A stretch of DNA of 28,134 nt, taken from positions 1 through 28,134 of the forward strand of contig JBLFWS010000026.1 of assembly GCA_047611865.1 (NCBI GenBank), in the 5' to 3' direction. The stretch is from Chlamydiales bacterium. GTDB taxonomy: Bacteria > Chlamydiota > Chlamydiia > Chlamydiales > JBDQID01. Each line of letters begins with the position of its first letter. Within the stretch, counting starts at the first letter, position 1. Shown here one piece after another: positions 18,462-25,470 of this stretch. The translations under genes and the position numbers were made by a program. The notes under the pieces were generated by a model that did no database searches, was not told the DNA's origin, and saw only the letters and a list, made by a program, of their open reading frames with translations.

Positions 18462-19178
18462 ATGCCTGTAACGTATTCAATTGTCGTTCCGATAAAGGAC
18501 GAGGCCAGTAATATTCCTAAGCTTGTCAATGAAATTGAAGCTGCCATGAAGAAGCCTGAATGTACTTGGGAATTACTCTTTGTTGAAGATGGATCGACGG
18601 ATGAAAGCCTGAAAATTCTTTCGGAATTAGCAAAAACTCGTCCATTTTTACGAGTCCTTGTTTTCACTCAAAACTTTGGTCAATCCAGTGCTTTTGATGC
18701 TGGGTTTAAAGCTGCAAAAGGTGAATTTATTATTACCCTAGATGGTGACAGGCAAAATGATCCCGCTGACATTCCCAAATTAATTGCCGAATCCCACGAT
18801 TGTGACCTGGTCTGTGGGTGGCGTGTGAACCGTAAAGATACCTTTTCAAAGAAAATAACATCTCGTATCGCCAACAAAGTCAGAAAATACCTTTGCCACG
18901 ACAATGTCCATGACACCGGTTGTTCGCTCAAAGTCTATAGGAAAAGCTGCTTGGAACAAATTAAACTCTATAACGGTATGCATCGCTTTTTACCAGCCCT
19001 CTTCGGAATCGAAGGCTTCCGCGTAAAAGAAATCCCTGTCAATCACAGAGAGCGTGCTGCCGGAGAAAGTAAGTATGGATTTTTTAACCGATCTTTCGGC
19101 CCTGTCATAGACATGCTTGCTATTTTATGGATGCGACGTCGATCACTCCATTATTCTATAAAAAAAGAAATCCCATGA
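18462..19178 (+). CDS. GT2 polyprenyl-phosphate glycosyltransferase (ArnC/DPM1/RgtE-like, no C-terminal TMs)
   Basis: SIVVPIKDE, VEDGSTD, NFGQSSA, TLDGDRQNDPADIP, DTGCSLK, MHRFLP, VNHRER-x2-GESKY. Confidence 0.92.
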   Translation: MPVTYSIVVPIKDEASNIPKLVNEIEAAMKKPECTWELLFVEDGSTDESLKILSELAKTRPFLRVLVFTQNFGQSSAFDAGFKAAKGEFIITLDGDRQNDPADIPKLIAESHDCDLVCGWRVNRKDTFSKKITSRIANKVRKYLCHDNVHDTGCSLKVYRKSCLEQIKLYNGMHRFLPALFGIEGFRVKEIPVNHRERAAGESKYGFFNRSFGPVIDMLAILWMRRRSLHYSIKKEIP

Positions 19179-21040
19179 TTGAACATTGGCGAGCAGATCT
19201 CTATCATTTTGGTTTTGTTGCATCAATTCTCTTTGGATCTCGCTTTATCATTCAATGGATTGCCAGTGAGAAACGAAAAAATAGTTATGTCAATCCTCTA
19301 TTTTGGAAGCTTTCCATTTTGGGGAACCTCTCTCTTGCCTTACACTCTCTAATCCAAGTGCAAGTGAACGTCTCTCTTGTGCAGGTATGCAACACAATAT
19401 TTTCCTGGAGAAACCACAATTTAATGCAGGACTCCAGCCAACATCGTTCTTTTAGGACAGTTGTTCTTCTACTCGTGGCTTCAGTACTTGCAACAATCGG
19501 TTTGTTTGCGCTGCAAGCCCAAGCTCTTTACGGACACTTCGACTGGGTGCGTACACCCACAATGCCCTGGTCCCAAATGCCTGCAGAAAAACTACCTTTA
19601 AGCTGGCATATTTTAGGCACTTTTGGAATTTGTATTTTTGCCAGTCGCTTTTGGGTTCAATGGTGGTTTGCTGAAAAGTATCATAAAAGCCAGCTAGGAC
19701 GTTCTTTTTGGTGGCTAAGCATTATAGGTTCTCTTATTTCTCTAATCTACTTTACGAGAATGGGAGACATGGTAAATATCGTAGGTCAAGGTATGAGCAT
19801 TATTCCCGCAATACGTAACTTACAGTTAATCCACAACGCTCAAAAAACAAATCAAAGTGAGGGTTTAGTTGTGAATCAAGCAAAACATGTGGATATGTTT
19901 CTATTTGCTGGAGAACAAAGTGGTGATAACCATGGAGCTAAACTTCTTGCAACTTTAAAGCAAAGGCATCCAGGTTTACAAGTTGCTGGTGTTGGTGGAC
20001 CTGAAATGAGAGCGGAAGGCCTTGAGTGCATCATCAAGATGGAAGATTTTCAGGTGATGGGGTTTACTGATGTACTACTTTCACTTCCCGGCCTATACAA
20101 AAAGTTCCGTCAAATCAAGCAATACATATTGGAAAATAACCCTAAGACTATCATCTTAATCGACTATCCAGATTTCAACTTACGTCTTGCCAAAGCCCTA
20201 CGTCGTGAAGGCTACACCGGAAAGTTAGTACAATACGTTTGTCCAACTATTTGGGCGTGGAGGAAAGGCCGCATCAAAGACCTTGTTTCCTCTTTCGACC
20301 TTCTTTTGACCATTTTCCCTTTTGAAGCCGAACTTTTCTCTCATACCCCACTCAAAGTTGTTTATGCAGGAAACCCTACCATCCACTCCATTCAAGATTA
20401 CCCGTATAACCATCATTGGATGGATGAGTTAGGTATAGACAAGCCAAAACACCTGATGGCTATTTTTCCCGGAAGTAGAAAGGGAGAAATTCAGCATAAC
20501 CTCGGCAAACAACTCGAAGCTGCCGAACTCCTGCTTAAAGACGATCCCAATATTCAATTTGGCCTGTCTATTGCAAATAGTGCATTGACTCCAATGATTT
20601 CCAATCTTATCGATAAAACAAAGCTTGAGGTAGGAAAAAATCTCTTCTTTGTAGAGAAAAAATACTCATATGAATTGATGAGGGAATGCAGGTCCGCTAT
20701 TGCCACTTCTGGAACTGTTACATTAGAACTTGGTCTACACCGTACTCCAACGACTGTCGTTTATCATGTATCTCCATTTAACTGGTTTATGGCTAGATTT
20801 TTATTCCGCTTAAAGCTTCCTAACTATTGTATTGTAAATATTACTCTCAACCAAAGAGCTTTTCCAGAACTTGTCCACAAAGATTTCACTGTACAGAATC
20901 TTTACAGGCAGGCCAGCGAACTATACCAGGAGACCTCATTGCGCAAAGAATGTGTCAAGAAATGCAACAAGCTTCATGAACTGCTTGATGTAAGAAATGC
21001 AGACACGAACACTGTTCAAGCCATTGAGAATCTTCTATAA
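19175..21040 (+). CDS. lpxB: Lipid-A-disaccharide synthase with two N-terminal LAB_N membrane domains
   Basis: Duplicated FxSRFxxQW...P/GxxFWxLSIxG repeats, then AGEQSGD, GVGGP, IDYPDFN, YVCPTIWAWR, FPGSRKGEI, TSGTVTLE. The start is set at ATG 19175, which gives an ATGA overlap with the GT2 stop. Confidence 0.95.
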   Translation: MIEHWRADLYHFGFVASILFGSRFIIQWIASEKRKNSYVNPLFWKLSILGNLSLALHSLIQVQVNVSLVQVCNTIFSWRNHNLMQDSSQHRSFRTVVLLLVASVLATIGLFALQAQALYGHFDWVRTPTMPWSQMPAEKLPLSWHILGTFGICIFASRFWVQWWFAEKYHKSQLGRSFWWLSIIGSLISLIYFTRMGDMVNIVGQGMSIIPAIRNLQLIHNAQKTNQSEGLVVNQAKHVDMFLFAGEQSGDNHGAKLLATLKQRHPGLQVAGVGGPEMRAEGLECIIKMEDFQVMGFTDVLLSLPGLYKKFRQIKQYILENNPKTIILIDYPDFNLRLAKALRREGYTGKLVQYVCPTIWAWRKGRIKDLVSSFDLLLTIFPFEAELFSHTPLKVVYAGNPTIHSIQDYPYNHHWMDELGIDKPKHLMAIFPGSRKGEIQHNLGKQLEAAELLLKDDPNIQFGLSIANSALTPMISNLIDKTKLEVGKNLFFVEKKYSYELMRECRSAIATSGTVTLELGLHRTPTTVVYHVSPFNWFMARFLFRLKLPNYCIVNITLNQRAFPELVHKDFTVQNLYRQASELYQETSLRKECVKKCNKLHELLDVRNADTNTVQAIENLL

Positions 21041-21732
21041 TGAAACGATATTTTCAAAACAAAATCAAGAAAGCCAATCAATGGCTTGTTGCCAATGTCT
21101 TTCCTTTCGTTGCCTACTATTGCTTAAGAGCTATCATCGCCACCTGCCGTCTTGAGTTCAAAGGGCTAGAAAACTATCTCAACCTCGCAGCCCATGAGGG
21201 AGGCATTTTAGCCATCTGGCATAATCGCCTACTGCTACTCCCTTATTTTAGCCAACTGACTCCCCAAATAGATTACGCTCCAGTGATTAGCAATAGCCGT
21301 GATGGAGATCCTATTGCAAAAATGGCGACATCCTTTCCAAATACCGAAGCTATCCGTGTAGCCCATAATGCACGCTCTCACGCTCTCAGATCTATCGTCA
21401 AAGCGCTTAAAACAAAAAAAGTTGTAGTTATAACTCCAGACGGTCCTCGTGGCCCCCGCTATGAAATAAAGCCAGGAATCTCTTTTGCTGCTTCTATGGG
21501 GTCCTCAAAAATATTTCCTTGTTCTTGGACAGCCTCTCGATTTTGGCAGCTCCCCACCTGGGATAAAATGTTAATTCCCAAGCCTTTTTCCCGTATTGTT
21601 TTTTCCATAGGAGAAACTCTCGAAATAACTCGTGAAGAAGCAAAAAATTGGGGGAAAAGCAAAAATCATCTGGAAAGCATCCTTCACAAACTAGCAAAAC
21701 AAAATGATAATGAACTCCATCAGAAACTTTAA
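21040..21732 (+). CDS. DUF374 lysophospholipid acyltransferase family protein (LpxJ-like)
   Basis: AIWHNRL, ISNSRDGD, ITPDGPRGP, WDKMLIPKPFSR. TAATG overlap with lpxB. Confidence 0.9.
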   Translation: MKRYFQNKIKKANQWLVANVFPFVAYYCLRAIIATCRLEFKGLENYLNLAAHEGGILAIWHNRLLLLPYFSQLTPQIDYAPVISNSRDGDPIAKMATSFPNTEAIRVAHNARSHALRSIVKALKTKKVVVITPDGPRGPRYEIKPGISFAASMGSSKIFPCSWTASRFWQLPTWDKMLIPKPFSRIVFSIGETLEITREEAKNWGKSKNHLESILHKLAKQNDNELHQKL

Positions 21733-21767
21733 AGCTTGTGGACGCCTATCTTCAGTATAGAACAATG

Positions 21768-21799
21768 TACCAAAACAAATTCAATAATTGGTTTTGGTA
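21768..21799. terminator. Hairpin between the convergent DUF374 gene and rsmH
   Basis: taccaaaac-a-aatt-caat-aatt-g-gttttggta: 13 of 14 positions pair around a 4-nt loop. Confidence 0.55.
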
Positions 21800-21839
21800 T
21801 AGTTTAAGTGAGATGTGAAAATTAATATCAGAGTCAGCT

Positions 21840-22787
21840 TTAACTCTTTTCTATAAAACGTAATTTTGCACTTCTACTTCTTGCATTAGAGCGAATTTCT
21901 TCTTGTGAAGCATAGATGGGCTTTTTTGTAAGAATTTTCACACGAGACTCTTTTTTGATTAGATCATCGGGAGCCCCTATCAAATTCTTTTTACTGCTAG
22001 CTTCGTTCTTAAATACTTGTTTTACTATGCGGTCTTCAAGACTATGAAAGCTGATAACACCCAATCGTCCTCCGGGAAGTAATAAATCAATGGCTTTAGG
22101 CAATGTTGCTTCAAGTACACCCAACTCATCATTTACCTTAATTCGCAAAGCCTGAAAAACTCTTGTTGCAGGATGAATTCTCTGATGGGCACCACCTCCT
22201 ACAGTCGTCGTGATAATATCGGCAAGTTCTTTAGTTGTTGTAATTCTCTTTCGTCTACGAGCTGAAACGATTTCCCTTGCAATTGCTCTCCAGTGCCTTT
22301 CTTCTCCGTATTCCTGAATAATCGTCGCGAGTTCACTTTGGCTCCATTTATTCACAATTTCTTCTGCTGTTAGAGAAATTCTTGGATCCATCCTCATATC
22401 CAGTGGGCCATCTTGCATAAAGCTAAATCCTTTTTGAGCCTGGTCCAACTGCATAGAAGAAACCCCTATGTCAAAAAACATTCCGTCAACACCTGAAATA
22501 TTTTTGTTAGTCAAATGCATAAGTATGTCGCTAAAATTACTTCTAATAAGGAGTGTTTTATGATGAAAGCTTAGTAAATTTTCCTTCGCAATTTCAAGTG
22601 CAAGAGGATCTTGATCAAATCCAATAAAAAGTTCTATTTCTGGATGTTTTTCCAATAAGGCTTTGGCATGGCCTCCGGCTCCTAAAGTGCAGTCTACAAA
22701 GGTTTTAAGTTCCTTTCCTTCAAAAAAGTCAAGAAATTCCTCTAAAAGAACCGACACATGCGGAGAACTCTTCTCAGATTTGTTCAT
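21840..22787 (-). CDS. rsmH: 16S rRNA m4C1402 methyltransferase
   Basis: HVSVLL, DCTLGAGGH, DIGVSSMQLD, GPLDMRMD, HPATRVFQALRI, SFHSLEDRIVK, RSRSAKLR. ATG 22787 is preferred to TTG 22799. Confidence 0.98.
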   Translation of the reverse strand: MNKSEKSSPHVSVLLEEFLDFFEGKELKTFVDCTLGAGGHAKALLEKHPEIELFIGFDQDPLALEIAKENLLSFHHKTLLIRSNFSDILMHLTNKNISGVDGMFFDIGVSSMQLDQAQKGFSFMQDGPLDMRMDPRISLTAEEIVNKWSQSELATIIQEYGEERHWRAIAREIVSARRRKRITTTKELADIITTTVGGGAHQRIHPATRVFQALRIKVNDELGVLEATLPKAIDLLLPGGRLGVISFHSLEDRIVKQVFKNEASSKKNLIGAPDDLIKKESRVKILTKKPIYASQEEIRSNARSRSAKLRFIEKS

Positions 22788-23103
22788 TTTTAGCCCCAAA
22801 TGACTGTATATTTGTGTAAAGCAGTGCGTATTTTAGTTATACAGACACTTATTAATCAATCTTTAAATTTTAATATTTAATTGAACAACATTTATATTAG
22901 TGCTTTATTTACTAAAATAATATTTATTGATAAAATAGTTCTGTGGGGGATATTTTATTCCCATAAGGTTTTTATTGGAAAATATTTTTTTTCAACCTAT
23001 GTCCTTGATAAGATTCAAGTAGCAGGTAAACGGACAGAGTTTTATAATCACCGAGATTATTGCAAAAAACTCCCACAAATCAAGACTATTGAGGGAAAGT
23101 TAG

Positions 23104-23622
23104 ATGACAACCATTGATTCCTATGACAATGAGTGGTACCGCAAGCACGCTCGTACTGTTCGTGACCTTGAAACCACCTACAAAGACTTAAGAGTTGCCC
23201 ACCTCGATGAAGCCCGAGCTATCCAACCCCATACGTGGGTTGAGAGCCTCGATAATCATATTCCAATGGTTGATCTACTCATGGGCACTTATGGTCCTGA
23301 GCGTAAAACCATTGCCTTTTTCACAAGACCTTTCATGAGCCAAAGAAAATCTCCTTTTGGCTTCTTTCTCTTAGCCCCTTCCTTGGGACCCTATGAACAA
23401 CAAATGGCTGATGCTGACAAACTCAACGAAATGCCTGTTTTTTGGGACGATGAAGAAGAAGATGAAGAAGATAGCGAAGAAGAAAGAGAACGCAAGCAGG
23501 GCAAAAATCGCCTGGAAAAGAAACGGAAAAATGCTGTGGAAAAAATGTACGGTGTTTTAAACACTCTGAATACCTGGTTGCTAGAAATCAAAGGAAAACA
23601 GAGTCAGTATCAGAAAGGCTAA
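23104..23622 (+). CDS. Chlamydiae-type hypothetical protein (CT273-like by position) with an acidic tract
   Basis: SD GAGGG. It lies divergent from rsmH and directly upstream of a TPR gene, as I recall for CT272-CT273-CT274. Contains APSLG, DDEEEDEEDSEEERER and C-terminal QYQKG. Confidence 0.75.
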   Translation: MTTIDSYDNEWYRKHARTVRDLETTYKDLRVAHLDEARAIQPHTWVESLDNHIPMVDLLMGTYGPERKTIAFFTRPFMSQRKSPFGFFLLAPSLGPYEQQMADADKLNEMPVFWDDEEEDEEDSEEERERKQGKNRLEKKRKNAVEKMYGVLNTLNTWLLEIKGKQSQYQKG

Positions 23623-23625
23623 AAA

Positions 23626-24021
23626 ATGGAAAATATAGACTGGTGTGAGATCCTTGGCTGGGATATTGCTCAACTAGAAGACCTGCGCTATTTAGGCTAT
23701 GCTTATATCAAGCAAGGAAAATATGAAACCGCACAATCCTTCTTTGAAGCCCTTGTCGCTGTGAATCCAAAAAGTTCCTACGATGTGCAAACGCTCGGTG
23801 CTGTTTACCTCCAGATGGGTGATTCAGCTAAAGCTCTCTTCTACCTAGACCAAGCCCTAAAATTAGACGATCTGCATGGACCGACACTCATAAACCGTTG
23901 TAAAGCCTTGCTCATACTTGGACAGCTCCGAGAAGGGATTCAGTTAGCTAAGAAACTCAAAAAGCATAAAGAAAAAGACATTGCTGACGTTGCCTCCGCA
24001 TTAGTTTTAGCCTACAGTTAA
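23626..24021 (+). CDS. Small TPR protein, CT274-like putative type III secretion chaperone
   Basis: Three TPR-like repeats (LRYLGYAYIKQGKYETA; YDVQTLGAVYLQMG; PTLINRCKALLILG); 131 aa. Confidence 0.82.
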   Translation: MENIDWCEILGWDIAQLEDLRYLGYAYIKQGKYETAQSFFEALVAVNPKSSYDVQTLGAVYLQMGDSAKALFYLDQALKLDDLHGPTLINRCKALLILGQLREGIQLAKKLKKHKEKDIADVASALVLAYS

Positions 24022-24038
24022 ACAAGATCGATACGAGT

Positions 24039-25226
24039 CTACCTTCGAGCCACCTTTTGTTTTTTCAGTAACGAAGCAAGAATTTGACAAATACGATCTA
24101 ACTCCCTCTCTTCAAGATCTGGAAAGAGGGGTAAGGATAGTTCTTGAGAATAAAATTCTTCCATTTGGGGAAAGTGCTCTTCAAGGTCTCCCATCATTTT
24201 CACAAAATACGGGTGTCTGTAAACAGGAATGTAGTGTACCTGGGTACCGATGCCTTTTTTTTCTAATTCGTGCATCAATTCAGAACGGCTTATTTTACAA
24301 GCTTCGAAATCAATCTGTACAGAGCAAAGATGAAAAGCTGTCTGAGAGTCAAAATCCGAAGGAGTCATTTTCACATTAGGAACCCTAGCAAGCTGTTTCC
24401 GATATCTCTGAATAAGATGGCGGCGACTTTGAATAAACTGATCCAATTTTTTAAACTGGCTCAAGCCCAGGGCAGCTTGGAATTCGGTAAAGTTATAATT
24501 ACTTGTCAAATCGTTTACTTCATAATACCATGGTCCAGGACTCTCAAAGCCATCTGGAAAGTCTTTTGAAATTCCATTATTACGAAAAGACTGAAGCCTC
24601 TTAAAGTAATAATCATCATTTGTAGTAACCATTCCTCCTTCACCAGTCGTAATCGTCTTTGCAGGATGAAAACTAAAGACAGTCATATCGCTCCAGATAC
24701 AAGAACCAACCTTTTGTCCATCACGATATGTCGAACCCAATGCATGGGCGGCATCTTCGATAATCAAGGTACTCGGGTTTTTAACAGCTTTTTCCAAATG
24801 ACGAATATCAACCGGAACACCCGCATAATGCACAGGAATTATAATGTCACGTCCTCTTGAACGAGAATGAGACATACATTCAATCACTTGGTCTATATCG
24901 AAATTTCCTGTATTTCTATCAATATCAGCAAATACAAAAGATGACCCATAGGCCATACCAGCAGATACCGTAGCAACAAAAGTATTCGGAGTTGTAATAC
25001 ACGTATCGAAAGACGATGCTTCTGCAGCGTAATAAGCTGCCTGCAAAGCCGTAGAGCCTGAATTAAAGGCTACAGCGTGCTTAGAACCACAATATTCAGC
25101 AATAGCATTTTCAAATTCCGCCACTTTAGGGCCACGTGTAATAAATTGAGAAGATAAAACTTTGCACACTTCTTCAATATCAGCTTGATCAATCGATTGT
25201 TTCGCGTAGGGGGTAAAATCGTCCAT
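24039..25226 (-). CDS. pseC: DegT/DnrJ-family PLP aminotransferase, PseC-like (UDP-4-amino-4,6-dideoxy-N-acetyl-beta-L-altrosamine transaminase)
   Basis: PYAKQSIDQADI, EDAAHALG, FSFHPAKTITTGEGG, QVHYIPVYRHPY. SD AAAGGT before ATG 25226; the track start at 25355 is too long. Confidence 0.8.
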   Translation of the reverse strand: MDDFTPYAKQSIDQADIEEVCKVLSSQFITRGPKVAEFENAIAEYCGSKHAVAFNSGSTALQAAYYAAEASSFDTCITTPNTFVATVSAGMAYGSSFVFADIDRNTGNFDIDQVIECMSHSRSRGRDIIIPVHYAGVPVDIRHLEKAVKNPSTLIIEDAAHALGSTYRDGQKVGSCIWSDMTVFSFHPAKTITTGEGGMVTTNDDYYFKRLQSFRNNGISKDFPDGFESPGPWYYEVNDLTSNYNFTEFQAALGLSQFKKLDQFIQSRRHLIQRYRKQLARVPNVKMTPSDFDSQTAFHLCSVQIDFEACKISRSELMHELEKKGIGTQVHYIPVYRHPYFVKMMGDLEEHFPQMEEFYSQELSLPLFPDLEERELDRICQILASLLKKQKVARR

Positions 25227-25470
25227 ATGCCATACCTTTCTGTATTTATGCTCGCTTATACTTTTTACATATGTGTGTTTTCTCGACAAGATGTGATTCA
25301 TCTCCAAGAAAATATCCTCAAAAAGAAAAACAAAAATTCCGATCTTTATTGACAAGTTTCACAGGGAAAGAGGTGTTGATTAAAATGCCCACGGAATGAC
25401 ATTGTATAGGAAAGGTGAACTATTGCCATATTTAATGCTTTTTTTTGTCGTTAATTAAATGGATGAGTGA

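Noticed and set aside
22800..23103. Very AT-rich spacer as a replication origin, and the 22881..23117 ORF
   Set aside because: Only an isolated imperfect DnaA-box-like 9-mer (ttatacaga) was seen, with no cluster. It is better explained as a divergent promoter region. The ORF has a TTG start and low-complexity content.
23447..23490. GAA/GAT-rich tandem-like repeat
   Set aside because: It simply encodes the Asp/Glu tract of the CT273-like protein.
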